A stretch of DNA of 64,000 nucleotides from the NCBI GenBank assembly GCA_977862235.1, contig OZ374560.1, forward strand, positions 2,232,001 to 2,296,000, written 5' to 3'. Origin of the DNA: Dudresnaya verticillata. Taxonomy: Eukaryota. This document shows, in pieces, positions 1-12,924 of the stretch (within the stretch, counting starts at the first letter, position 1; the number at the start of each line of letters is the position of its first letter). Below the pieces are notes generated by a model. The model saw nothing but the letters and a program-made list of their open reading frames with translations. It was not told where the DNA came from and made no database searches. The translations under genes and the position numbers were made by a program.

Positions 1-2456
1 GCGTTACCGCGTGGATGCGAAATTTGTGATTGGAGAAGCTGTTTTGATTTTACTGAAAAGGAAATGATTACTTCAATGGGAGGAGTAGTAATAATCACCG
101 AAACTATGACTAACCCAAAGAGGCTTGTATGCCTGTAGAAAGCAGAAGATAGAGACTAGAGACATCTTCGCATTGTTAAGTGAAGTTTGATTTATTGGTG
201 TTTCGTGTTTTATTTAGAGTGGTCCTGCGCGGGCGGCTATGGCCCATTTGCAGACACACTTTCGGGCTAAGTGGTAACAAAAAACCAAGGAAATAATTTG
301 GAGGAAAAGAGCTTGGGAGAGTGGCAGGGAGAACGAAGGAAGGAACTTATCGGGTCAGCTCCGGTGGCAGAACATCTGCAACCCTTATGGAACAGGATGC
401 CTTCCGGTCTCCGGGAAGTGCGGCCTAGCAGGAGCCACCCAAACGAGTGTGAAACTGAACTAACCTGCGTGCGAGAACATTCTGATTTCGAGAAATAGCC
501 TGCGTCCGAGGACATTTTGATTTGTAGAACGCTCGGCTAGCTCACTGGGCTTTTCAAATGCGTAAAGCGATTGATACGCGACCTGAAATTTGCGTGACGA
601 ACGATACATGCACACATGCTGCAGGGTACCTACCACTCCCAAAACCTAATCGATTCAAACTATCGAAAGTGGCGGAATGTTTACTGCCGAATGTTTCGAT
701 GCCAGATGCAAACATGTCTGTCTGCAATGTCCCAGAATTCATAAGAACTCTCTCTATGGACATGGCGGTTGTAAAACAACGGGTTCGTTCTTTGGCCATG
801 AATCTCCCAAAATTCTCCGAGCAGCGTTTCTCTTCGGCGGACAGAGAGAGGCCTGAGTTTCTGAAACAGTCTTCCAAGTGTTACGACATAGACTTTGTTT
901 GGAATCTGACACGTTAATGCTGAGCACCAAAAAAATCTCAAAGCAAAAGACATACCTTGTTTCGTTAGCATGTACGAATCGTGTGAGACGCCTCCTTACA
1001 ACGCTGTACCGAAAGACATGTCCATCTCACCCAATCCCGTTTTGCGAGGAAGATAACCAATAGTGCACTTCCGTAGGGTTTTCTCTCCATGCAAAGTGCA
1101 TTATCCTCAACGGAGAGTCTGTTGCCTTCTAAGTATTTTAGATCTTTTCTCTGACAAACTGTAACGAAACTGACCATGCCTAATCCATCACCATTGTTGA
1201 GAGCTTAATTCGTAGTATTTTGTTATTTTGAACAAAAAAGAACGTACTTCTTTGACAACTATGTGTTTTGCCTTTTCAACTTGGACTACAAAGGACAAGT
1301 CCACTATGGAAGTACTTTTCGAGACCAGCAATAGTATGCGCTGCTGGCTTTTATCGACCTGTTCATCGCTTGTAGGGGTGGAAGCAGTGTCTATTATCTG
1401 ACAGAAAACAGCTCGAAGGTTACCGACCTCACGCAACATGCAACATGATGCGCTCCGTACTCACTCTGACTGCGCTTATTGCCGCGCTTTTTGCTTCCAT
1501 TTGTAGGATGCAGAGGAGAAATCTTAGGTACATCTCGGACTTCTAAGGGCCACATCCATATCCTTCGGACAAGGCATTTACGACGTCCATGAAATCATTA
1601 TGACAGTTAACGTTTGCTCCTCGCAGGGTATGTTCTGATACTATGAGGAGCCGAAAATGAGCGTGACGCTATTCTTCTTGTCCACACACCTCAACTCTTT
1701 GAACAAGTTACCGGTGCACTCGGGAACATCAGCAGAGCTATGGAATGACCGTAATGGGTCTAATGTCACGCCGTGCACATGCAAACAATGCGAATGAAAC
1801 CTCTCTGTAACCGTCGCAATCCAAGCGGTTTGTCATCTAGACTTCAGAACACTTTGTCGCTGACGGCAACATCAAGATACTGTCTTCAGCGCTTGAGTGT
1901 GTATACGGGCTTGGGATTATGGACCGTTTTCTGCCCATGCAGGACTGTTTGCTTAACTATACACTTGTACTGCCTGCAGCCAAAGATTTTGGATTGACAC
2001 GCCAAACACCCGTCTAGCATCAATGCGTTGTTAGATATTACTGCTTGTTTATAGTGATAGTAATGCTTTCTGTGTGATATTTTCAAACCTCTCTGAACCG
2101 AGATTGCATTCTGTTAGGAATTTGGTCATACCAAGCCATTGCTGTTTTCAGTGGGCGCTACAGCTTCTTTACTTTTCTGTTAGGACAACTCCCTTTGTTT
2201 ACACAAAGCCATATCTCTGACAATATCATCTGCAATACCACTGAGCTGCAATGCTGCAGGACGCAATGTTCTGGAACTGTATACCTCCTGAAGCGAGAAG
2301 AAAACTGTATTCTTCCGGAAGCGTGAAGCGAACTTGAGCGCGTTTATTTTGTGCTCGGTTTGATACCCTGCGTACGAGTAGCAACATCCTGCCATTGGCA
2401 AACGAATAATGTGGTTTGAAGGTTGAACCAAGGACTTTTTGGATCCAACGAATGGG

Positions 2457-2464
2457 TATATAAA
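2457..2464 (+). promoter_or_regulatory. TATA box (TATATAAA)
   Basis: TATATAAA exactly 100 bp upstream of the ATG at 2557; the paralog has the same motif at the same distance (9557 vs 9657). Confidence 0.65.
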
Positions 2465-2556
2465 CCACTTGACGGCCGCCCGCCTCAGTTGATTCATTCC
2501 CTTATCACCTTTTCATCTAAGAACCCCACCAAGGTTGAAGCCTAGCTCCGGAAATC

Positions 2557-3816
2557 ATGTTCAACTATCGAATTTTACCAATCCTGGTTTTAGCCTCCTT
2601 GCTGATAACACCGCTTGTGGCTTCATCCGTTCACACATATAGGAGGAGGCCCCGTAAGCCACGCGTTCCAACCAAGAATGAATGTGACCTTTGCAGGAAG
2701 CATCGCGAATGTATCGTTGGAAAGTGCTGGGGAAGGCCAAGGAAGTGCGTTCTGGGCACATATGAGTCCGCCGTAAAATGTGGATTCAAGGAGGAGTGCG
2801 AACACTGCACCTCTAAACTAATGTGCGCAACGAAAGCATGCAAGAAGGGAAAATGCATCTTCAAGAGGAACAAGGCCTCTAAGAAGAAGTGCTTCGGAGG
2901 AGGTGGTAAGAAATTACCCGAATGTGCGCTCTGCACGGAGGATGAAGATTGTTTGCAAGGAAAATGTTGGGGTAAGCCGCACAGATGTACAGATGGGACC
3001 TTTGCGTCCCTTAGCAAATGCTTCAAGGGTGAGTGCGATGATTGTGAGAGTGACTTTGAATGTGCTACCAAGAAGTGCTGGAACAAGAAGTGTGTAGTCG
3101 ACAACAGTCCAGCGTCTATCGACAAGTGCTTTCTGAAGGAGGAATGTGAGCCTTGCATGGAAGCTGACGAATGTTTGCAAGGCAAATGTTGGGGCAAGCC
3201 ACACAAATGCACAGATGGGACGTTTGAATCTCTAAGTAAATGCTTCAAGGGTGAATGTGAAGATTGTGAGAGTGACTTCGAATGTGCTACCAAGAAGTGC
3301 TGGAACAAGAAGTGCGTATTCGAAAACAGCCAGCCGTCTATTGACAAGTGCTTTCTGAAGGAGGAATGCGAGCCTTGCATGGAAGCTGACGAATGTTTGC
3401 AAGGCAAATGTTGGGGCAAGCCTCACAAATGCACAGATGGGACGTTTGAATCTCTAAGCAAATGCTTCAAGGGTGAGTGTGAAGACTGCGAGAGTGACTT
3501 CGAATGTGCTACCAAGAAGTGCTGGAACAAGAAGTGCGTATTCGAAAACAGCCAACCGTCTATTGATAAGTGCTTTCTGAAGGGGGAATGTGAGCCTTGC
3601 ATGGAAGCTGACGAATGTCTGCAAGGCAAATGTTGGGGCAAGCCACACAAATGCACAGATGGGACGTTTGAATCTCTCAGCAAATGCTTCAAGGGTGAAT
3701 GTGAAGATTGCGAGAGTGACTTCGAATGTGCTACCAAGAAGTGCTGGAACAAGAAGTGCGTATTCGAAAATAGCCAGCCGTCTATTGACAAATGCTTCCC
3801 ACCTGCTCCATATTAG
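2557..3816 (+). CDS. Secreted cysteine-rich repeat protein (ten 6-Cys modules), paralog 1
   Basis: 419-aa ATG ORF with hydrophobic signal peptide (ILPILVLASLLITPLVAS), a basic RRRPRK stretch, then ten C-x2-C-x5-C-x4-C-xn-C-xn-C modules alternating CWGKPxKCTDG and CWNKKCV types. Confidence 0.92.
   Translation: MFNYRILPILVLASLLITPLVASSVHTYRRRPRKPRVPTKNECDLCRKHRECIVGKCWGRPRKCVLGTYESAVKCGFKEECEHCTSKLMCATKACKKGKCIFKRNKASKKKCFGGGGKKLPECALCTEDEDCLQGKCWGKPHRCTDGTFASLSKCFKGECDDCESDFECATKKCWNKKCVVDNSPASIDKCFLKEECEPCMEADECLQGKCWGKPHKCTDGTFESLSKCFKGECEDCESDFECATKKCWNKKCVFENSQPSIDKCFLKEECEPCMEADECLQGKCWGKPHKCTDGTFESLSKCFKGECEDCESDFECATKKCWNKKCVFENSQPSIDKCFLKGECEPCMEADECLQGKCWGKPHKCTDGTFESLSKCFKGECEDCESDFECATKKCWNKKCVFENSQPSIDKCFPPAPY
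2920..3800 (+). repeat. Four tandem 222-bp (74-aa) coding repeats
   Basis: Units start at 2920, 3142, 3364 and 3586; the last three are nearly identical. Confidence 0.95.
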
Positions 3817-5298
3817 ATTTGAGAAGGTGTTGAGATTTGTAGAAGCAGGGACAAATTTTTAGCAGTCTCCTGAAACCCTTATGGACGTGTATTAGATTTC
3901 ACTTGCATTCCACACAGCTTAATTCTGTCTTTTAAAGTTGTATGTAGCCGTTTGGTAAAAAAAGTCTGAGCGGTATGCGCACAGATGAAGAGACTTGCTC
4001 TTTATTCGACGTCTTGAACCAAGCGGGTACTCATGGTCTCTCTGTCAGATATTTCTGTCTTTAATCTTATTCCTAACAGCGCTCGTATGCCATGTCTTAT
4101 TGGACGTTTACTATACGTTGCCTTGAGAGACCCCATTTGAAAACGTATTTTGTCGAGTTAAAACGTTCAGTTGAGTTCAGTGCTAGAAGCGTGAAGGGGC
4201 TCAGCGTCGCTTCCAGTCTTCCGCATATTAATAATATGCTCAATGCTCATAAGGAAAACAAGGGCAACAAAGATAAAAATCTTTAACTGCATAACGTGCT
4301 TATTAGTTAGCTAGGACATATTGCATTTCTCTTAAGATATTGACCTTGGAACTTGACTCAATTATGGTCAGGGTGTGTAATGTAAAAATATGGTCATATT
4401 GAGGTGCACGCAATACCGGGGCGAGGGCATTTAATACATGCTTGGACGTGTTGCGGTAATGCCCATGCGGTACTTAAAAGTTAGCCATATTAAGAGGGAT
4501 AGAAGTTTCTTCACTTCTTTTGTCCGATACAAACTACAGTCCTTTTGGGTAACCGTAATTAGGCGCAAATTTACCATCATCATCGCAGATTTATTTATAC
4601 GATTAATTTGGGTAAGCTTGCTGACCATGACAGTCCTCCTATCATACCTCCACAGTTTTAAGTCCCCTTACGTTTTCATTTCGCCTACCCGTATTGACAG
4701 CTCCCGGCCACCACTTTTCCTGAAGTTAACACTCTTATCTCATGCGGCCGCCCCCACCTGCAATGTCGTAAAGTGAGGTTTTCCCATTCCTCCTACGGGT
4801 CTTAACGGTTGCTTTATTGCTAAAGTCTATCTATCTTGATGATGGATTTATAATTACTGTTCCAAAACGCACCGCTAATGCAGTTCCCCAATAGCAATGT
4901 GAGGATTGACTTGCATGTTGCTATTTGTTTGTCTACAATCGTGTAGTGCCGCTGCACAGGCGACTTGGGCCAATAGCGGGCGCACTTGCGGGGATGCCAA
5001 TTTTCTCTACGGACTGTTTCCATGTCGCTGTTTTGCTCACGTGAGCATGCGCGAGAAAGGATCATCGCTGTATAAAAACATCTCTGATGGGGATTGCTAA
5101 GTGGGGGCGGGATTTGCAAGAGGGCGAATGTCCGAACGTGGTGTTGTGGACGTGCTCTTACTGTCGTTTGTAATGTGGACGCTTTACTGTATGTGAATCG
5201 TGTCGTGTGAAGACCGTGTCTCTCTTGTTGTGGATGGGCGAACAGGCGAAACTATATCTAGGAGGTTCGCTGCACCACGATACTAACGTGAAGGAGAA

Positions 5299-5316
5299 TG
5301 TGTGTGTGTGTGTGTG
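5299..5316. repeat. (TG)9 microsatellite
   Basis: Direct reading. Confidence 0.9.
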
Positions 5317-6989
5317 CTGCAACTGTGTGCATGTGCTGTAACTATTAGAGCTGGAACACTTTACTTGTGAGGCTGTAGCTCTCGTGGCACTCTTCTATAA
5401 GAGTGCAGCTATACCGCTCAGTACTCGTTGTGGAGCGCACTCTGTTTGTGGAAATCTGGGCGGCTGTGCCCTCGCTGGAGATATGCAGTCAAAACAGGGT
5501 ATGCATTTACAGAGGAGGTTCTGTGAGTGCCGCCCTCACGCGCTGCATACCAGCGCCGCTGCTACCTAGGGAATCCCCCTCCGTCCCCACCAGGGAAGAG
5601 GGTCTATTGAAGGAGAGGGTTTACTGTGTCGCATGCGTTGGCTAGTTCCCGCGCTGCAGCGCGGTTGGCCGCCGTACGCGCACTATCGTCATCGGTAACA
5701 CACGCGGCTACACCCACTGTGGCTCGGACGTGGTGTCCAACCACATCGAGTAGCCTCACGTGGGTGCTGTTGTTAGCGTTCCGCTACCATACGACGAGTT
5801 GGAGCTACAGTAAAGGTTATGCATTTACGACTAACTTTTCTTCTTTTGCACAACCGCGGTACCTGTATTTCTTTACTGTTACAGGAGTGAATATTAGCCC
5901 AGACAATATTCCTTCTTCGCATTGTCCAAGGATCTCATCATGGGGCAAGGTGATTGATGCCTTCTGCATCGCGGTGAATTACAGGGACAAGAAAGATAAT
6001 GCGGTATTGATTTCAGAAAAGCATGCACCCGCCTCCCGCAGCGAGCTTCGCGCAAAATTGATGCTGGCTCATGCTCGCTCGGCGGCCATGTGATTTCTCA
6101 GTAGATGCTGTATCATTTTCGACGTTACAGGAGAGCGTAACAATATGTAAAAGACTTATGCATAGAATGAATAGGAACAGGGTCCCGACTAGTGGGTAAC
6201 AAGAGGCCTACAAACCGCTTGCAGGGGGCACAAGCAGAATCCTTTTGCCTTTAAAGCGCAGACACTGCTCTCCGAAATGCACTCCTGCGCAGAGTACTAC
6301 TGATGTTGGAACAAGAGGAACGGCGGGAAGCAAGCATCATGCAGCTGGTGGCTTGTTGTAATTGTGAAGAACTTTTGAATGAGTCCTACGCTGGAACGCA
6401 GCGTTACAGCCGTATCGATTTGCTACATCTGGCGGGCCGCAGTAGGATATTCAGTTTGTTCGAATAAAGTGGAGCGGGCTGTAGAAAAACACTTACATGC
6501 GCGGGAAGGAGGAACCTTAAGCTTTTGAATGCCCCTGTGAATCTTACGGCTGTACTGGGAAATTTTGCTAATGCGCGCTCAACTATAAAAGAAGGTCGGA
6601 GAGCACAAGAGGGTGACGCTACCAATTATAGTATACAATTCGCGGGGACAGCCGGACACAAAGAAAGAAGGCAGAGTCGTCTGCAATTCGCGTTCTGATG
6701 TGCCCACTGCACCCACAACAAGGATGACTGATAAGAGTCTGAGGGCAGCAATCCGAATGGGTGTGGCAAAGAGGATGCTTTTGTTGCATATCTACTGGCA
6801 CTTCTACAGGTTGCTTGCTTAAATTTTCATAAGCAAGCTGCCCAACTGCCAATAAAGCTGCTGCCCTTACCCCGACGGCAGGCAGATCTCAGATAGATAG
6901 CAGTCAAGGTACGAGACGTCGTCGGTGCTTGTCTCATCAAGACAGAATAAGTCCTTCTGCATCTGTAGATATCATGAAACAGAGCAGAT

Positions 6990-8130
6990 GTCTCTTATGC
7001 TTTGCTCTCCCGCTGGTTGGCTTAGTCAAAGTGATGCCCCGCTGCCACAATGAGGTGTATACAGGCAAAAGCATGGAAGCAACGTCTCGTTGCTGTAAAA
7101 GTTGGAAGTGGATGTTGTGCAGTACTCGGCGCAACGCTAGCAAACAGGACTCAGACCCCACCGCACCTTGGGGGCTTTGTCCATCGTTGCAGCGTTACTG
7201 CAGGGACACATACGACGTCCCATACTCTCCTGTGGTAAAAGTGGTGCATAAAGAGGCGCGCAGTCAGAATCATGAAGTCCGCGAAAGCAATTATCCTTCC
7301 AGTGCCGCCGGAGGAAGCGAAAGACAGCACAAAGTGAGTCGCCAGGTCCACGCATGATGCACCAAGACCGCATCTTCTTCTCCTGAATGTAGCCGGGCCC
7401 GCCCTCCTAGGCAGACGTCTGAATTGCCAACGTCAAAGTAGGATACCAGCACTGTCACACCAGCAAGAACTGCTGCCGCAGTTGGCACGTCCTGTTGTAC
7501 ACAGCCACCAGTCTACAGGTCAAGGTGTCGGTCATCTGTCGCATCCTTTCGGACCGGCAGGGACGGTGTCCGTACACGTCGCGTCGTCACGTCGCAGATT
7601 GGCGCGACCAAATGCTTTGAATGAGATTATTATTTTGCGGCATGCGTCGTGCGTGACTCCTGACGAAATGTCTCCACGGGTTTTCCTGTCACATCGAGTG
7701 TGTTCCGTGTAGGACGGACAACAATACTACACTGCCTGACATCGCCACCACCCAGGAAAAGATGCAGACTGTGCTGACTATGTCAATGTCACTCACCCTT
7801 ATCAATGGAGCGCCAAAACCTGCGTGGCTTACTTCAACGCCTGCGGACGCATAGATTGGCACGCTCTCTCGCAAGGATTTGCAGCAAGCCGGGAGGCAAT
7901 TGCTCGTCACGGTGCGCTCTGTTCGATAGGAGCCTGACAAAACCAGCGCTTGATGACATCGACAGTAGCAATAGATCATTCGTGCTCAACACCATGGTCT
8001 CGGTTTGCGATGGCCAGCTTCACCAGCCCCCTCCTCCCCTTCAGTCTTTGCCTACGCAGGTTAACTACAACGATCGTATTGGCAATCACAAATTTTCTCT
8101 TCCCTCTCGGAAAAACTGCAACCCTGATGC
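6990..8130 (+). mobile_element. Highly decayed CRE/RLE-type non-LTR retrotransposon remnant (tentative)
   Basis: Broken frames give, in the expected order, ...HNEV..(M)EA, KQDSDPTAPWGLC (cf. QQGDPL), AWLTSTP and ARHGAL (cf. RHD). Many stops and frameshifts; boundaries approximate. Confidence 0.35.
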
Positions 8131-9556
8131 GGGCAGTCACATGTTTCCCTGAGAAGAATACGAAAAAGAAAAGTGCTTGAGTAATGCCTCCTGAATCGTC
8201 ACGACAACCGCACAGCTGGCAAACTTACTTATACGTGCCGAAAGAGTAAATTTTATTCACCAATATTCAGAGTTAACTAATATTCTAGAGAAATAGAAAA
8301 CCTCTAGTTCCCTCGCATGAGTTCGGCATATAATTTGACCCTCTTGAGTCAGTAGTCTTGACTAGCAAAACTTCCTGTCAGATTCGAAGAAAGCGATTTG
8401 GAAGCCAAATATACAGGTCTGGGCTTCACTCTCCTTCAAACGTGCGAATAAGTAGTGCAGACTGCCTTAACAGTAAAAAGATTTCAACTCTTCCTTGACA
8501 TATGTGGGTGGGTCTATGTCTGACATAAAACAAAATCTACGACCATTCGGGCTTTGTTTGGTTCCTCCTGATTCATAGGCACGATGTTTATCGTGTATAC
8601 CATATATCTGAATCGCTCTAAATTATGTTCTTGGCTTTCTCCACAGTTCAAACGTGTAATTTTCATTGATGTCAACTTCGCCAAAGATACGTTGGTTACT
8701 TCCCCGAAAAGAGTCAAATGGAACAGTTTATCGTTCAAATCCAGTTATAAGTTCTTCTTTCTTGTCTTCAATTTCTAGCGATAATACAGCAACAACGTTG
8801 GCAAAAACATGTACCCGAATCATGTTCTGTCGAAAAGAAAATAGGCCAACAATTCCCCAAGAAGAATCATTGCTAATCTAAAGGCGGGATTGAAAATGAA
8901 GACAAAATGTTCTAGCGATTACATCCTACACTGCAGAAATGCACGAGAACTTTGCTCCTGAAAACGCACAGCACTACACAAGAGGCAATATCATGCTTCA
9001 GATGCGTTTCTTGATGAGCAGAAATAGGCGACCGAAAGCCCATGCGACCACTGTCTACAGAGGTACACCTGCACCGTATGCGGTCGATTACATTCTGGTT
9101 AGTAGGTCAGGTATCATGTTGCTTGGCCTCGTCAGTCTGCATTGTAAGTTTGGAGATGCTGAACAAGGCATCTGCCTTGACTTGGCGGTGTAGAAGGTTT
9201 GTATCCATTAGTCCACGACGGACAAAGATAAATATCAATTCGTCATTACATTTTTGAATGTTGAGTCATCCAGTATCTCTAGGCTTCCCAAGAAAGAAGT
9301 AGGGTTTACGGTGCATACGTCCCCCGAATGAAACGTTTCATATCCTAGACACGCTAGAAACCTTATGTATACCATTAATTCCAACGGGCAGTACGCTTCC
9401 AATCTAGCACGGGGCCCAGTTGTAGCGCATTGCAGACTCGACGTTATGGGACTGGGAAGAAAACAGAGCAGTTTTCCAAACATTGGCCGCTCAAGAAATG
9501 CAACGATGTACTCTCACCATAGCTATAACGTTGCCAAATTCTGAAGTTCAGACCTC

Positions 9557-9564
9557 TATATAAA
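9557..9564 (+). promoter_or_regulatory. TATA box (TATATAAA)
   Basis: Exactly 100 bp upstream of ATG 9657, mirroring paralog 1. Confidence 0.65.
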
Positions 9565-9656
9565 CTAAGCTCCGCGTCTCCACTATTTATCGGAAGATCA
9601 TCAAACAATCGACATCCTATAATTCGCATAGCCAGAGACTCAAAGTACCAAAGGTC

Positions 9657-10883
9657 ATGAATTATTCAACTCGCCCGACTCGTTGGCTCTTCATTGCGGC
9701 AGCTTTTGCCTTGCCCTTACTGGTCACCGCAACCACCTCTCGCAGTGTACACCACCTCAAGGAGGAGTGTGATCACTGCAGTGGGCACCAAGAATGCCAG
9801 CAGGGCAAATGCTGGGGTCGTCCCAAGAAGTGTACTGATGGGAGTCTGGCCTCTCTGCTCCGTTGTGGATTCAAAGACGAATGTGAACACTGCACGAAGA
9901 AGTTCGAATGTGCTACAAAACTCTGTGAAGGGGGCAAGTGTGTAGTCAAGGGCGGATATTCCAAGTGTGGTGGAGACAAAGCTGACTGTGAGGAATGCAA
10001 GGAGGACTCTGAGTGTGCCAGCGGGAAGTGCTGGGGAAAGCCTAAGAAATGCACAGATGGAACTTTCGAGTCTTTGAAGATGTGCTTTAAGGGAGAATGC
10101 GAAATGTGCTCTTCTTCATTCGAGTGCGCTACGAAGAAGTGCTGGAACAAGAAGTGTGTGTTCAACACTGATGAGTCACGGGAGAAATGTTTCCCTAGCA
10201 AGAAAATGGAGTGTGAGCCGTGCATGGATGCAGATGAGTGCGAACAGGGAAAGTGCTGGGGCAAGCCTAGGAAGTGTACAGATGGGAGCCTGGCCTCTCT
10301 GCTCCGTTGTGGATTCAAAGATGAATGTGAACATTGCACGAAGAAGTTCGAATGTGCCACGAAGCGCTGTGAAGGGGGCAAGTGTGTAGTCAAGGGCGGA
10401 TATTCCAAGTGTGGTGGAGACAAAGCTGACTGTGAGGAATGCAAGGAGGACTCTGAGTGTGCCAGCGGGAAGTGCTGGGGAAAGCCTAAGAAATGCACAG
10501 ATGGAACTTTCGAGTCTTTGAAGATGTGCTTTAAGGGAGAATGCGAAATGTGCTCGTCTTCATTCGAGTGCGCTACGAAGAAGTGCTGGAACAAGAAGTG
10601 TGTGTTCAACACTGATGAGTCACGGGAGAAGTGTTTCCCTAGCAAGAAAATGGAGTGTGAGCCGTGCATGGATGCAGATGAGTGCGAACAGGGAAAGTGC
10701 TGGGGCAAGCCTAGGAAGTGTACGGATGGGTCTCTGGCCAGCCGAAAGAGGTGTTTCCTCGGAGAGTGCGAGCCCTGTACGCATTCGCTTGAATGTGCTT
10801 CTAAGAAATGTTGGAAGAAGAAGTGCGTCTTCAAGGGCAAGGCTTCAAAGGCCAAGTGCTTCCCGCATTTGTTCCACCATTAG
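9657..10883 (+). CDS. Secreted cysteine-rich repeat protein (ten 6-Cys modules), paralog 2
   Basis: 408-aa ATG ORF with signal peptide (WLFIAAAFALPLLVTA) and the same alternating module types as 2557-3816. Confidence 0.92.
   Translation: MNYSTRPTRWLFIAAAFALPLLVTATTSRSVHHLKEECDHCSGHQECQQGKCWGRPKKCTDGSLASLLRCGFKDECEHCTKKFECATKLCEGGKCVVKGGYSKCGGDKADCEECKEDSECASGKCWGKPKKCTDGTFESLKMCFKGECEMCSSSFECATKKCWNKKCVFNTDESREKCFPSKKMECEPCMDADECEQGKCWGKPRKCTDGSLASLLRCGFKDECEHCTKKFECATKRCEGGKCVVKGGYSKCGGDKADCEECKEDSECASGKCWGKPKKCTDGTFESLKMCFKGECEMCSSSFECATKKCWNKKCVFNTDESREKCFPSKKMECEPCMDADECEQGKCWGKPRKCTDGSLASRKRCFLGECEPCTHSLECASKKCWKKKCVFKGKASKAKCFPHLFHH
9810..10745 (+). repeat. Tandem 444-bp (148-aa) coding repeat, about 2.1 copies
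   Basis: TGCTGGGG (CWG) anchors at 9810, 10254 and 10698, with near-identical intervening sequence. Confidence 0.93.
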
Positions 10884-11123
10884 GTTTAGCAGCTACGCAC
10901 ACTGGTAGGTATCAGACTTAGTTTCTTAGCCAAGTGAGTTGGAAGAATAATTCTCAAGCGGCTTCTGGCTAAATAAAATTGATGAGAGATTAAGAGAGAT
11001 CGTTTGCTGAGGAGGACTAAAATATGCACCTAGTAACTACCTTTACTCAATTCGAGGTTGTCACGGGTAGCAACTTACCTGTTTTTCCGTCTTCCATTGT
11101 ACATGTGCTAGAATAGGGAACCA

Positions 11124-11257
11124 AAGAGAGAGAGAGAGAGAGAGAGACCTTTACAGAGTAACAAGAGAGAAGCCCCTTAAGGGGGCTTAGGAATCAGAGC
11201 TACCGTGTAGAGGCGGAGGAGCTAGCTTGCGGAGATCCCTAAGTTTGCGGAACTTGC
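11124..11257 (-). mobile_element. 5'-truncated non-LTR retrotransposon 3' end (family 2-like) with (TC)n tail and 11-bp TSD
   Basis: ATAGGGAACCA at 11113-11123 and 11258-11268; GA run at 11124-11147; GCCCCTTAAGGGGGC hairpin; absent from the homologous flank near 14260-14285. Confidence 0.85.
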
Positions 11258-12740
11258 ATAGGGAACCATCATCGTTATCTTTCTTCTTTCATTGAATTCG
11301 AAGGGTACTTCGCCGATATCTGAGAAACTATCAGACAGTAGCTCGCCCCGGGGGGCGGTTTCATGCTGTAGAACATAACTAAACTAACACGCAGAACAAG
11401 ACCATAATAGCAGCGGAGAAAGGGTGAGTAGCGAGGAACAGCAAAACGTTTGCTGCGATCCAGTGCCAAACAAGGGTGAAAGCAAACCGAAAACGTTCCC
11501 GAGAGCAGACCGACAAAAGTTTGAAGAGGCCACGGAACGCGCGGCAAATGGGTTTTCAAATAGTTCAGTTCAACCTGCTCGTCGGCTACGCGCCCTTTCT
11601 TCGCCCGGGGCTGCTTCCCGAGTGGAGCCCAGCGGTCCGTGTAACCTTGCAACGACCAAGTGGCGGGGATTGCATCCATACGACATTGAGGTCTCTTCTT
11701 CAGTTTCACAAGTCCATGTGAGAGGGAACATAAGAAGGCGTAGAGGGACCTTCCGTTGCTGCCCTTCAACACCCTATCCTGTCCACCAGTACAGTACGCG
11801 GAATGTATCGCGCTCCGACGCTATGCTTGCTGTACATAAGATGCACGGCACGATCGTAGGTTACCACGTATTGCTTCTTGTGAGCTTCTCTGTTGCTCTC
11901 ATTATTGTAACATCTCACCTTGCGTCATACCAGCTCTGCTTGACCCTGTGCCTGTTTCCAAACTTGCTGAATCAATTCATTCCGGCAACACAATGAAACT
12001 GCTTTTTTGATAACAACCAGTTACAAAAGGACTAACAGAAGAGGAGCACAAAATACGGCCCCACGACAAGCAAGTGAGATATATCAGTTCTTTGAAGCAT
12101 TACCCGTACGATAACCTGTAACGACCTGGGTCTCGACGAGTCGCCAACAGTGTGTACTATGTCGTCTGTAAGGAACATTTGTGCTGTAACGGCCTTTGGA
12201 GTGCGGCGGAGCACTGCTCATCAGCGAAGGGCAAATCATAAAAGTCAACTGTGGAGATTGCATGGGTTGGTGGAAGAAAGCCGAGTCGTCTGCACTTTGC
12301 GTACTGATGCAAACTTTAGCCATATGAACGGTGACTGTTGAGAGTCTGAGACAGTATCGAGCCGCAGCTCTAGCATTGACTCCTTAGCGTTCGCGTGCTC
12401 TGCGACCCCAGTCTTACCTCCTTGATAGGCCTTGGGCAAGTGTGTTTTCGGCGACCCGCATTTTGTGCTGCACACCCCGGGCTTGTTTCATGGGCATCAC
12501 GACATCCAGCGGCTAGCCTTTATACTGCAGCTCTTGCGGAGACATTCAACTTTGGTGTAGCACGCTGTGAACCCCGTAGAATCAGTAACTGCATGCGCGT
12601 ATTGCCCCCAGAAAAGCCGGGCGACTGGGCAGTGAGCCCAAGTTTGGAGTGTGAACAAACACGACTTAAAACTTTGACGACGGTTGCGAGCAGCGGGAAG
12701 GGGAGCTCACAACTCTGCCGTGGGCTCTTAGAATGGTAGC

Positions 12741-12800
12741 ATCCCTTTATTCGGAAGATTCACAAGAAGCCCCTAAAGGGGGCTGCAGTGGTGGCAAAAG
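12741..12800 (-). mobile_element. Retroelement 3' end (family 3)
   Basis: CCCTTTATT..GAAGATT..AGAAGCCCCTAAAGGGGGCT..AGTGGT is similar to 61552-61603 and carries the shared hairpin. Confidence 0.55.
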
Positions 12801-12816
12801 AAGTGCACTTACCAGC

Positions 12817-12924
12817 CGTGTCAACCGCCACAAGCTTGCTCCTCCGCCTCTTTATGGTAGCTCTGAATCCTAAGCCCCCTTAAGGGGCTTCTCTCTTGTT
12901 CTTTAATAAAGGTCTCCTCTCTCT
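12817..12924 (+). mobile_element. 5'-truncated non-LTR retrotransposon 3' end (family 2) with 9-bp TSD
   Basis: CTTACCAGC at 12808-12816 and 12925-12933; nearly identical to 29149-29250 and to the reverse complement of 35220-35330; TC tail. Confidence 0.88.

Noticed and set aside
2631..10855. Antisense ORFs 2631-3419, 3423-3791 and 9773-10855
   Set aside because: Mirror frames of the Cys-rich genes.
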